From: a virus
Strand: one strand, 5' to 3'
DNA: 64,000 nt
Virus record (IMG/VR): IMGVR_UViG_3300045988_091566
A program made the position numbers and the translations under genes. The first letter of the stretch is position 1. Every line of letters starts with the position of its first letter. Below, one piece after another: positions 37,504-46,996 of this stretch. The notes below the pieces were generated by a model, which was not told where the DNA came from, ran no database searches, and was given only the letters and a program-made list of their open reading frames with translations.

Positions 37504-38109
37504 ATGAATAAAATAAAAGATTTTATTAAATCAAATAATTTAAGTATAAAACATTTTAAAACTAGATATTCTAAGGAATCATACGATAAAAATCCTAAAG
37601 TATGTAAATACTGTGGAAAAATTATTCCTTATGAAAAACGAGTTAATGATTTTTGTAATCATTCTTGTGCAACTAGTTATAATAATATTGGAGTAGTACG
37701 CAATAAACCATCTTTACCTACTTATTCACTCTGTTTAAACTGTGGAAAAGAAATTACTAAAGGAAATAAATATTGTAATAATACATGTAAAGCAGAATAT
37801 GAAAGAAAGGAGTATATTAAAAGATGGAAAGCAGGGAAAGAATCAGGTATTATTGGAAAAGATAAAATAGCTACAGCAGTAAAAATATATTTAAGAGAAA
37901 AATTTAATAATTCTTGCCAAAAATGTGGGTGGAATTAGGTAAATTATTTCACAGGTTTAGTACCATTGCAAATTCATCATATTGATGGGGACTGTTTAAA
38001 TAATAAAGAATCTAACCTTTAGTTATTATGTCCTAATTGTCATGCTTTAACAGAAAATTTTGGTTCTAGAAATAAAAATTGTACTAGAATTGATAAAAGA
38101 ATACGGTAA
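37504..38109 (+). CDS. HNH homing endonuclease with N-terminal Zn-ribbon repeats; contains 2 in-frame TAG codons (37939, 38020). Either TAG-recoded or a pseudogene
   Basis: The ORF-track segment 37504..37938 ends at TAG. The same frame continues VNYFTGLVPLQIHHIDGDCLNNKESNL*LLCPNCHALTEN... to TAA 38107-38109. The HNH motif (HHID...N...CPNCH) lies downstream of the first TAG. Confidence 0.55.
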
Positions 38110-38508
38110 TGATAAAGCTCTAGAATACTAGTTACAGGAGCAACGTAACTTATAGGGTGCCTCTCAACGATGCATACTCGCCTATTAGGTGTCGTAGAAC
38201 CTACGAACTGGAATGATTCGATGGTTTTTTGCATTCCTACAGAATCCTAAATAATAAAAATAGAGACCATGTCTCTAACAGGGGTAATTTACCTGGGATT
38301 CTTAATTTTTTAAACTCTCCTCCTAGATATTTTATAAGTTAAACTTTAAATTTGATTTATTATGATGAAAATTTTAAAAAGAACTTTAAAAGCATTTAAG
38401 AAGGGTTGGATTTGGTATGCTAATCAGTATTGTAGATTATACATGCCTCCAATTATTTAATCTTATTATTTAATTTGTAAGTACCAAAGGGGTACTTACT
38501 GATGTTGA

Positions 38509-38534
38509 GTCGGGCAATAAGCTCGACTTTTTTT
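38509..38534 (+). terminator. intrinsic terminator
   Basis: GAGTCGGGC-AATAA-GCTCGAC hairpin followed by T7. The 9-bp hairpin GTAAGTACC/GGTACTTAC lies just upstream. Confidence 0.55.
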
Positions 38535-38565
38535 GTTTGTATACATTTTAAAAATTTTATATATT

Positions 38566-38934
38566 ATGGGAATAATTAACACAATTAAAACAACATTAAA
38601 TGGTATTAATGGTGCTACTTGGATTAACAATGTTAAAATAGAAGGAGCACAAACCATTAGTATTAATAATGGTAAAATTTATGTAAATGGAAATTTAAGA
38701 GAAGGTCTTGAAAGTCCATCTATAGAAGTAAAAATAGAAGGTAATGTAGCTAGTGTACGTACTGATAGTGGGAATGTCTCAATTACAGGAGATGTTTCAA
38801 CTGTTAATACAGCTAGTGGTGATGTATCCTGTAAAGACGTTAAAGGTGGGGTATTAACAATGAGTGGTGATGTTACTTGTGGTAATGTTGGTGGAAATGT
38901 TAGTACTATGAGTGGTAATATATACCATAACTAA
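38566..38934 (+). CDS. hypothetical Gly/Asn/Val-repeat protein (about 122 aa); the ORF-track start at 38533 overlaps the terminator T-run, so the start is placed at the internal Met
   Basis: ORF track 38533..38934. Repeats of the type GNVS..SGDV.. Confidence 0.4.
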   Translation: MGIINTIKTTLNGINGATWINNVKIEGAQTISINNGKIYVNGNLREGLESPSIEVKIEGNVASVRTDSGNVSITGDVSTVNTASGDVSCKDVKGGVLTMSGDVTCGNVGGNVSTMSGNIYHN

Positions 38935-38948
38935 AAAGATTATTTATA

Positions 38949-39332
38949 ATGAGAAGATTTAAATTTATATTAATATTATTATGTTTCTTATGCGCTAAAA
39001 GTGTTGCTCAAACTGTAACTCATGTAACTCTTACTTGTTATCAACCAGTAAAGAGTCAGTGTGATAATAAACCATTAATTACAGCTGATGGTTCTAAAAT
39101 AAATTTACACCATTTAAAACATAATAAAATCAAGTGGTGTGCTATATCTCGTGATTTACTTTATTTATTTCCAAAGAATAAACCTAAAAAAGTGTTTATA
39201 GAAGGCTTTGGAATATATGAAGTTAGGGATGTCATGAATAAAAGACATAAACATCGTATTGATATATTAATACACCCCAAAAACTCTAAACGAATCAGTA
39301 TAAAACATGTAAAAGTTAAAATTCTTAAATAA
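38949..39332 (+). CDS. secreted hypothetical protein (127 aa) with a signal peptide
   Basis: N-terminus MRRFKFILILLCFLCAKSVAQ. Confidence 0.45.
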   Translation: MRRFKFILILLCFLCAKSVAQTVTHVTLTCYQPVKSQCDNKPLITADGSKINLHHLKHNKIKWCAISRDLLYLFPKNKPKKVFIEGFGIYEVRDVMNKRHKHRIDILIHPKNSKRISIKHVKVKILK

Positions 39333-39760
39333 TGTGTTTATATTTGCGATATAAAGAAGAATGTGTAGCTACTTCTAACATATATGTATGGAAAGCTCTA
39401 ATAAATTATGGTAGGTTAGGTTATTATTCACCAATATTTAATTATAGATATAATATAGGAGAAACTTATACATCATACTTAGACGGAAATAAGAATAGTG
39501 AATTTATAGATGTAGGACTACATTCTTTTGGATATAATATAAAGATAGTAAGTCCTTATGCTGGAAGATATGAATGTCGTGGAGATACACATAATAGTTT
39601 TGATATTGATGAATCTATTGATACTATAGGGTTATTTATAATTCCTGAAGGAAGTCACTATTATACTGATGGATATTTCTACGCAAGTGATACTTTAAAA
39701 TTATTAAGAACTCTTCCAAAAAATAAATTTTTTAATTATATGATGAACAGACGACATTAA
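39332..39760 (+). CDS. MC-family paralog 4 (142 aa), about 18 kb away from the other three
   Basis: Begins MCL. Conserved VWK, GLHS and IIPEGSHYYTDG blocks. Confidence 0.5.
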   Translation: MCLYLRYKEECVATSNIYVWKALINYGRLGYYSPIFNYRYNIGETYTSYLDGNKNSEFIDVGLHSFGYNIKIVSPYAGRYECRGDTHNSFDIDESIDTIGLFIIPEGSHYYTDGYFYASDTLKLLRTLPKNKFFNYMMNRRH

Positions 39761-39862
39761 AAGAAATTGTAGAAGCCTTTGATGGCAAAAAGAAAGGGAC
39801 TAGTAAGTTTATCTTATTAGTCCCTATTTTTGTATTAGCATTACTAATATTTATTAATTTAA

Positions 39863-40063
39863 ATGGTTAAGTATAAAAAGTGTGGGGCATTACGAATTAG
39901 AATAGATGGTAATAAATGTATTGTAGTAAATCTTAGATTACCTTCTATTACTAGTCGTAGTACTTCATATTTAGGGTTTTTAAGAGAAACTATTTTAGAT
40001 AGTAATAAGCAAGAGTTTAATAATGCTGTAGAAACAATCTGTACTAGGATTAAATCTTTATAG
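39863..40063 (+). CDS. hypothetical protein (66 aa)
   Basis: ORF track. Confidence 0.35.
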   Translation: MVKYKKCGALRIRIDGNKCIVVNLRLPSITSRSTSYLGFLRETILDSNKQEFNNAVETICTRIKSL

Positions 40064-40129
40064 TATTATATTATCTTACTTATCATAACGCAGATGATTA
40101 TTAATAGAAAATTATTAATATGATTAAAT

Positions 40130-40312
40130 GTGTTTATTGATTTAACATTAGACAATGATAATATTAATAGAAGATATTTAATAGCCGTAGATGATATTTC
40201 CTTAGTAGAAGAAGTTGGTGAAAGCTCTTACATTATGTTAAAGAGTGGAGGCTGCTTATCTGTGAAGGAATCTATTGATTATATAAAGTCTTTATTAAAT
40301 GTTGTCAAATGA
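40130..40312 (+). CDS. hypothetical protein (60 aa)
   Basis: ORF track. Confidence 0.35.
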   Translation: MFIDLTLDNDNINRRYLIAVDDISLVEEVGESSYIMLKSGGCLSVKESIDYIKSLLNVVK

Positions 40313-40526
40313 TAAGATAAATGTAAATTTAGGATGTGGAGGATGGGTTATTCCAGTAACTTTTATTATTTTATTAGTTGCTAAAGTTATTCTACATTCA
40401 GATATTTCATGGTTAGTTGTTCTTAGCCCATTCTTAATAGGAATAGGACTCATAATTATACTCTGTATTATATTGTTAATTTTATATTGTATACCTGATG
40501 GAAGATCTAACAGACATTATAGATGA
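40299..40526 (+). CDS. small membrane protein (75 aa) with two TM segments
   Basis: Hydrophobic stretches VIPVTFIILLVAKVIL and VVLSPFLIGIGLIIILCIILLILYCI. Confidence 0.4.
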   Translation: MLSNDKINVNLGCGGWVIPVTFIILLVAKVILHSDISWLVVLSPFLIGIGLIIILCIILLILYCIPDGRSNRHYR

Positions 40527-40562
40527 CCTAGATGATTATTGGAATGATCTAGAAGCAGACTA

Positions 40563-40748
40563 TTGGAATTCCTTAGAAAAAGAAGGATTATGAATTCAGA
40601 TACTCTTGAAATAAAAGTAAATAAAGCTTGGAAAACATTAATTGCAGAGTCTCCTATATATCTATTAATGTTTAATAGAGAGTTAGGAAAGTGTAAAGAC
40701 TTTTTTATTCTAGGATATTATACAGCAATTATAGATTCTCACTTATGA
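40563..40748 (+). CDS. hypothetical protein (61 aa)
   Basis: ORF track. Confidence 0.35.
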   Translation: MEFLRKRRIMNSDTLEIKVNKAWKTLIAESPIYLLMFNRELGKCKDFFILGYYTAIIDSHL

Positions 40749-40972
40749 AGTATCAAAAAGCTAGTCAAGTATCTTTATTAGTAGAATTAATTAAATCTTC
40801 TGAAATAGTGTCTAAAGAATATTCTGAAGCACATATATCAGAAGATTTAATTTCTAATATAAAGATATTGTGTATGAAAGATAGTAGTTTTAGAAGAAGT
40901 TTCTATAATATAATGCAGAAACTTGGAAAGAAATATTCAGATATTTATATAAATAAATTATCAGAGTTATAA
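40745..40972 (+). CDS. hypothetical protein (75 aa)
   Basis: ORF track. Confidence 0.35.
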   Translation: MKYQKASQVSLLVELIKSSEIVSKEYSEAHISEDLISNIKILCMKDSSFRRSFYNIMQKLGKKYSDIYINKLSEL

Positions 40973-41026
40973 ACTTAGTTTGGTTGAAATTAATAAAACG
41001 AATTTTAATTCTTTAATTTATAAATT

Positions 41027-41836
41027 ATGCAACAATTAAATTTAGTACATCTAGAAGATAGTGATATTAAATATTCTATCTCTAGATTCCCTGATGGAGA
41101 AGTTCAAATTTCATTAGAAGAATTCAGCCATAAGGAGCAAGTATTAGTAAAATGTAGAATTACTAATGCTGAAGACTTATTTATACTTATGCAAGTTTTA
41201 GATATCCTTGATAGACATGAAGTTCTATATAAAATAAATATCTATTACTTAATGAGTATGAGAATGGATCGAGTAATGGTTTTCAATAGACCATTTACTT
41301 TAAAAATAGTCTTAAATGTATTAAAAAATTGTAATGCAGAGACTATTGAAATTTTAGAACCTCATTCTGATGTTTATTATGATCCTAGATTCGGAGTTAA
41401 ATTCATGCCTCTTTACGCTGAAAAGAATCCATCTAATAATACTTGGAAAGAATTTCAATTAGTTTTCCCAGATGCTGGAGCTGAGAAGAGAAATGAATTC
41501 AGATATAATCGTAAAGCAATTACTTGTAGTAAAGTTCGAGATTTAACTACTGGAAGAATCTTAGAGATTAAAATAGACAATCCTGAAATAATTAGTGATA
41601 AACCATTATTAATTCTTGATGATTTATGTGATGGTGGAGGCACTTTTTGTGGTATTGCTAAAGCATTTAATATTTTAGGTGTTCCTAAGGAACGTTTGAA
41701 TATCGCAGTTACTCATATGGTAAATCCTAAGGGTATAAAGAATCTATCAGAAAACTTTAATCACGTATGGTTTACTAATTCTTATAAAGACTGGGACAAT
41801 CTTCCTGAGAATGTTACAATGTTTAAGGTTATCTAA
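41027..41836 (+). CDS. ribose-phosphate pyrophosphokinase (PRPP synthetase)-like phosphoribosyltransferase (269 aa)
   Basis: N-terminal RFPDGEVQISLEE resembles the Prs FSDGE motif. LLILDDLCDGGGT matches the type-I PRTase PRPP-binding loop (hhhhDDhhxTGGT). Confidence 0.55.
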   Translation: MQQLNLVHLEDSDIKYSISRFPDGEVQISLEEFSHKEQVLVKCRITNAEDLFILMQVLDILDRHEVLYKINIYYLMSMRMDRVMVFNRPFTLKIVLNVLKNCNAETIEILEPHSDVYYDPRFGVKFMPLYAEKNPSNNTWKEFQLVFPDAGAEKRNEFRYNRKAITCSKVRDLTTGRILEIKIDNPEIISDKPLLILDDLCDGGGTFCGIAKAFNILGVPKERLNIAVTHMVNPKGIKNLSENFNHVWFTNSYKDWDNLPENVTMFKVI

Positions 41837-41977
41837 TGTATATTTTGGGACTTATTATAACTATTATTTTGGTAATAATTATAATTGATCCAAGATTAGA
41901 TATTACAGATAACCAATGTATATTGTGGTATTCAAATTTAGAAGGAGAACGTTGTTATTTAATACTTTGGAATAAAA

Positions 41978-42304
41978 ATGATCATTATAAATAAAAATGA
42001 ATTAGACCCTGACTTAATTCATGACATTAATTTAGAGTTAGAAGCATTATTTACAAATAATAGAACTTGGGAAATTAGTTCTAGTACTGGAGATTTAGAT
42101 GATGCTTCAGATATACGAATTGTTATTAAAGGTGAGGGACATTGCTATATTTCCACAATAAGTGATACTGAAGAATACGTCAGAGATTTATTAAATGGTT
42201 ATAGAAAAGCTCATAGTTTTGATACTTTTTGTATGTCTACAACGTATTTTGATCCTGAAAAGAACGGAATAGTATTTGAATATGCAGATTACATATCTTT
42301 ATAA
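41978..42304 (+). CDS. hypothetical protein (108 aa)
   Basis: ORF track. Confidence 0.45.
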   Translation: MIIINKNELDPDLIHDINLELEALFTNNRTWEISSSTGDLDDASDIRIVIKGEGHCYISTISDTEEYVRDLLNGYRKAHSFDTFCMSTTYFDPEKNGIVFEYADYISL

Positions 42305-42306
42305 TT

Positions 42307-42720
42307 ATGTTACAGATTTATACTGATGGTGCTTATAAATCTTCTATTGACCAGGGAGGTATTGGAATAGTATGGATGAAGGATGATGAAGTATTTAAAA
42401 AATACTCTAAAGGCTTTAAACATACTACTAATAATAAAATGGAATTAATTGCTATGCTATGTGCTTTTAAGTCCATTAAAACTCCAATAGATGAAGTAGA
42501 ATTTATAAGTGACAGTCAATATGTATTAGGATGTCTTACTAAAGGGTGGAAGAAAAAAAAGAATGTAGAGCTTTGGAATATTTTAGATAAAGAATATGAA
42601 AGAATTAAATCTTTAATAAAAAATATTAAATTTACCCATGTTAGGGGACATCAAGATTGTTTTGGTAATAATCTAGCGGATGAATTAGCTAGTAATGCTA
42701 GTTTAGAATTATTAGAATAA
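42307..42720 (+). CDS. rnhA: ribonuclease H (RNase HI family; 137 aa)
   Basis: IYTDGAY...GIGIV...ELIAML...ISDSQYV...THVRGHQDCFGNNLADELA reproduces the RNase H DEDD catalytic layout (TDGS...E...D...H..GN..AD). Confidence 0.7.
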   Translation: MLQIYTDGAYKSSIDQGGIGIVWMKDDEVFKKYSKGFKHTTNNKMELIAMLCAFKSIKTPIDEVEFISDSQYVLGCLTKGWKKKKNVELWNILDKEYERIKSLIKNIKFTHVRGHQDCFGNNLADELASNASLELLE

Positions 42721-42935
42721 TGTATTTAGTTATATCAATAATAATTGTTGCAGGTATAACTATTTATATTAGATCTGCATTTGCTGTTATAGACAGATGG
42801 ACTGAAATTAATGTTCCTACTAATATAATAACAATATTAATATTAGTATGTCCAATTATAAATACGTTATTAGCACTGTATTACCTGTATCCTGAATTAA
42901 CAGAAACTTTAAGTAAAATTTTTAAAAATAATTAA
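42720..42935 (+). CDS. small membrane protein (71 aa)
   Basis: Two hydrophobic segments. Confidence 0.4.
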   Translation: MYLVISIIIVAGITIYIRSAFAVIDRWTEINVPTNIITILILVCPIINTLLALYYLYPELTETLSKIFKNN

Positions 42936-43394
42936 TTATGGCTAAAGAAATTGTAAAAGCAACAGTGGACACTATTACTATTTATCGTACTACTGGTGGT
43001 AAAATTGCGGTAAAACGTAGTGACCGATTAAAACCAAGTAGATATTTCGATGATATCAAAGATGCTCGTAAGTATGCTGATGAGCACTTTGAAGGTAATG
43101 TCTCAGAGTCTCTCTAAGACATTTTCATTTCTAGAGTGATAAATTGTTCATGATTCTAAATTTAGAAGTTTGTAGGCTATTCTAGACGTGTCTATGACTA
43201 AATTATGGTATTTTACCTAGATAATTTTGATATTATACAGATGATTAATTTTCTTTTAATTTTCAATTCTAGTTAAAATGAAGTATAAGGCAAAGCTTGA
43301 AAGACTTCGTCAGAAGCAGGTATGGTGGGATAAGCTCCCTCAAACAGTAAAGAATGCAACAACAAGACCTGGTGGTATTGGATCAAAGTAATCT

Positions 43395-43712
43395 ATGATA
43401 ATTAAAGAGTCTGATTTTGAATTAAGATCTTCAACAAATGATGAAAGTTGTCCTCATTGGGATTTATATATTATGAAGACCATTAATGCCAAATCTAAAA
43501 CTAGAGAGGCTAGAGAGGAACTTACTTTAGCAGGATATGGATTAACCTTATCTGGAGCTATGGCATCAATTGCTAGATATAGAGTAGCTAAAGCTAATTC
43601 TGAAAAGGCTTTAACTATGCAGCAATATTTAGATTCCTATACAAAAGAACTTCATAGATTATATGATATTGTGGGGGAAACTCCTAACAATACTACTTTG
43701 ATGGAAGAATGA
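43395..43712 (+). CDS. hypothetical protein (105 aa)
   Basis: ORF track. Confidence 0.45.
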   Translation: MIIKESDFELRSSTNDESCPHWDLYIMKTINAKSKTREAREELTLAGYGLTLSGAMASIARYRVAKANSEKALTMQQYLDSYTKELHRLYDIVGETPNNTTLMEE

Positions 43713-43978
43713 TTAAGTCCATTCCTATAACTACTTGGAGAGACGAACATCATAGAGACATTACAGTTTCTAAGATGTTCGTCTATGAACTTACAGCATA
43801 TGCTCACTATAAAGATAGAGAGGAATTGTTAGGTAGTAAGTTCATATCTTCAAGTAAACCTCTTAAAGAGAGGATACAAGTTACTAAAAAGATTGGATAT
43901 AGAATTATAAAATCCATTGACTTAGTATCAGCTCCTCTAGATTATATTATTAATAATTCCAAATTTAAAAAATTATGA
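43709..43978 (+). CDS. hypothetical protein (89 aa)
   Basis: ORF track. Confidence 0.4.
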   Translation: MIKSIPITTWRDEHHRDITVSKMFVYELTAYAHYKDREELLGSKFISSSKPLKERIQVTKKIGYRIIKSIDLVSAPLDYIINNSKFKKL

Positions 43979-44409
43979 CAAACACTAAGCAGAAACTTGT
44001 AGATTACAGAGAAGGTAATTTTGTAGACTTTGAAGGTAAAGATCATTACTTTGTAGTATGCGCTGTTCTCAGAGAAAATGCTATATTTGAAAATCCTACT
44101 AGAATTCTTAGTTTTGGAGTATCTTTCTGTAATCCAGTAGATAAACATAACAATGAACTTGGTAAGAAAATTGCTTATGGTAAAAGTATTAGTGATAGAA
44201 ATACCAATGTACTATTAGGTAGAGCAGGACTTCTTAATATTGAGACTGTGAAATACATACTCGATAATGAAGTAAATCACGTAAAACAATATCCTGAACA
44301 GTATAGTGTGGCATATGCTAAAGCTAAAGATAAATATGAAAAAGCTAAAGAAAAAACTAAAGCTTTAGCTCAAAAAGCAGCTTTATATAATAAGGCAGTA
44401 GCAGATTAA
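43975..44409 (+). CDS. hypothetical protein (144 aa)
   Basis: ORF track. Confidence 0.45.
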   Translation: MTNTKQKLVDYREGNFVDFEGKDHYFVVCAVLRENAIFENPTRILSFGVSFCNPVDKHNNELGKKIAYGKSISDRNTNVLLGRAGLLNIETVKYILDNEVNHVKQYPEQYSVAYAKAKDKYEKAKEKTKALAQKAALYNKAVAD

Positions 44410-44741
44410 TGAAACTTTTAGATAGATTAATTTTAATATTAATTTTTATTACTATTATAGGAGCTACTATCTTTTTATATAAAGGGTTTAAATCTACTAC
44501 TGTAATACCTACAGATACCTTAGAAAGAAAAATAGACTCATTAAATAGTGAGAAAAATTCTATTAAAGTTGATATCAATAAGTGTGATACTGCTATCTAC
44601 TATAATAAAACTATCTATGTTAAAAAGAAGGACAATATTATTAAGCAGTCTCCTGATAGCGACATGCAGTTTTTCACAAACTACGTTCAAGAAGTCGGGA
44701 GAAAACTTCTTATTGACACCGTATCAATTAAAAATAACTAA
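44409..44741 (+). CDS. hypothetical membrane-anchored protein (110 aa)
   Basis: N-terminal TM segment LILILIFITIIGATIFL. Confidence 0.4.
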   Translation: MKLLDRLILILIFITIIGATIFLYKGFKSTTVIPTDTLERKIDSLNSEKNSIKVDINKCDTAIYYNKTIYVKKKDNIIKQSPDSDMQFFTNYVQEVGRKLLIDTVSIKNN

Positions 44742-45190
44742 TCTTATTTTTAATGAGCATAAATATTTACTAGTAAATGATAGTCTACAAAAAATTCAAA
44801 TAAATAACTATAAATCTTTAGTAAATACACTGGATAGTACACTAATACATAAAGATTATCAAATAAAGGTTCAATCTGATAAAAATAATGAATTGTATAT
44901 ACAAAATAAAAAATTATCAAAATTGAATTATTTATTTGGAGGTATAAGTATATTATCTATAATATGTGCTCTAATACATTAGATACTTACATAAAGGATA
45001 CTGACGGTAAGAAATTTAAATTTCCAGATAGAGATTGTAAGAATTGTAAAAGATATAAATGCTTAGTAAATATGGACATGCTTAAATGTAATTTTGCTAA
45101 GTATGGATGCAGAAATTATAATCCTAGATAACTAAAATTACTAAAAATTGATAAATAATATTTACGCCTTGAAAAAGGATTACCATATTA

Positions 45191-45529
45191 TTGCGGAAAT
45201 TTATTTATCAATTAATGGTTGTTTATAGTAAATTACTTGAGAAATTTAATGATAGCTTAGGCTATGTGATATATGTATTCGAATTGTTAGATAATGAGGA
45301 TAAGCTTAGAGAAAAAACTAAATACCTTATGTGTACCCAACCTCCTAATTGGAGTGCTGCTACTATAAATTATGGTGATATTGGTTATCTCGAAGTGAAG
45401 CCTGTAATAGCAGGGATAGATGAATGGTACGATGGAGACACACAACAGAAATACAGATATAATAATGTCTGGTTTATTAAGTTTGTCCCTCAGAGACCTA
45501 AAAACGTAGATGATATAATAATACAATAA
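45191..45529 (+). CDS. hypothetical protein (112 aa)
   Basis: ORF track. Confidence 0.45.
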   Translation: MRKFIYQLMVVYSKLLEKFNDSLGYVIYVFELLDNEDKLREKTKYLMCTQPPNWSAATINYGDIGYLEVKPVIAGIDEWYDGDTQQKYRYNNVWFIKFVPQRPKNVDDIIIQ

Positions 45530-45545
45530 ATAATCTTTAAGATTT

Positions 45546-46532
45546 ATGACAACAGTTTTAGGTGATAAACTCAATCAAGCTTTTGAAGCTAAGAATAATG
45601 ATGTAGAAACATTTCTCTGGAAAGGTTCCAGAAAAATTGTAGATGGTGAACGTGTTCAGTCTTCCATGAAAATGGTAGATATGACTGAAGAAGAATTACG
45701 TAAAGCATATAAACATTGTGAATCAATGCTTTATAGTGACAACTATGAAAATCCTGGACGACGAGTTTTGTTGGAACAGATTGAAGATCAAAGAACTCGC
45801 TGTAATGCTGAGTTGTTCTTAATTTGGCTATTGTACCCAGGTGAAGGTAGTACTAGACAAGGTATTGTAAGAACTAGTTTCTTTAATATGCTCAATCAGC
45901 AGATTACTGCTCAGGCAGAACAGTTTGCTAAAGAGAATGCAGAAAGTGGTGAGGGCGAGACAAATGTTAGTGCTATTGCAGAGACTCTCTTTAAAGAGTG
46001 GACTCTTAATGATATTATGAATAGTGATGAAGATTCATTTACCATGTTTGCTTCATTACCATTATATATCGTTAGAGAAGCTTGTTTATCTGCTTTAGGT
46101 AAATGTGTCCGTAAACACATTACTCTTACATTTATTACTGAGCTTGGATTGTGGTTTACACGTTCTGAGTTATTAGAATTAAATAAAAAAGACGAGAATG
46201 GTCGTTTAGTAGATAGAATTAAGCAAGTTGCTGAACTTCTAAATATTAAACTGAAAGACCCTAAGAATCCTGAAGACCGGAAAGGTCTTGTTTTAAAAAT
46301 TGATGATAGAAAAGGCTTAACTCTAAAAGAGTTTAGCGCAATGCTTACCTTCCGTAAGGATAAATATGATAAGCGTTATAATGATCTGACTAAAGTACAA
46401 TTGGAAACCTTAAGAGATAAAGTTTTACTGCATCTCGAAAATAAGGTTAGATGGCAAGCTTCAGAGTGGGAGAAGCGTATTAAACAAATCAAAGCAGTAG
46501 CTGATTACAATGGCTACAAACTCTCTGATTGA
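45546..46532 (+). CDS. hypothetical protein (328 aa), GC-elevated
   Basis: ORF track. Confidence 0.5.
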   Translation: MTTVLGDKLNQAFEAKNNDVETFLWKGSRKIVDGERVQSSMKMVDMTEEELRKAYKHCESMLYSDNYENPGRRVLLEQIEDQRTRCNAELFLIWLLYPGEGSTRQGIVRTSFFNMLNQQITAQAEQFAKENAESGEGETNVSAIAETLFKEWTLNDIMNSDEDSFTMFASLPLYIVREACLSALGKCVRKHITLTFITELGLWFTRSELLELNKKDENGRLVDRIKQVAELLNIKLKDPKNPEDRKGLVLKIDDRKGLTLKEFSAMLTFRKDKYDKRYNDLTKVQLETLRDKVLLHLENKVRWQASEWEKRIKQIKAVADYNGYKLSD

Positions 46533-46815
46533 AGGAGAACTATTTCATAAAATCACTAGAGATGAACGACAAGAAGAGTGTCGTAGAAAATGGATAAAAA
46601 ATCGTTGTGTAGGGACAATAGTTGCGTCTACTGGCTTTGGTACTGTAAAAGCGGGTCATATACCTGTTAATTACGATGCCGTTTCGATAGAGGAATCTTC
46701 GAAATTATTATCGAGCAAAATCGGTAGAAGCCCTATAGAGGGTAATACCGAGGTAATAGAAGAAATTAAAGAATCTTCTACACCGTACAGCATAGAGAAT
46801 GAAACTAATAAATAG
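46510..46815 (+). CDS. hypothetical protein (101 aa); possible degenerate N-terminal (motif I) fragment of the downstream SF2 helicase
   Basis: ASTGFGTVKAG resembles a degraded AxTGxGKT Walker A motif. A terminator-like hairpin follows. Confidence 0.35.
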   Translation: MATNSLIEGELFHKITRDERQEECRRKWIKNRCVGTIVASTGFGTVKAGHIPVNYDAVSIEESSKLLSSKIGRSPIEGNTEVIEEIKESSTPYSIENETNK

Positions 46816-46840
46816 TCTAGTTAATAGCTAGACTATTTTC
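46813..46840 (+). terminator. putative terminator hairpin
   Basis: TAGTCTAG-TTAATAG-CTAGACTA followed by TTTTC. Confidence 0.4.
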
Positions 46841-46996
46841 ATTAGAATATAATTTCTCCACGAGTGTTCGATGCCCCAACTGAAATAAGTGGGTAAAAAT
46901 TTATGCGGGACTTACTAGTAATAATAAGAAGTATAGATAAAAAACTATACGATAACAAAATCGAAATCCAGAATAGGACTAAACTGTATTAAAACA

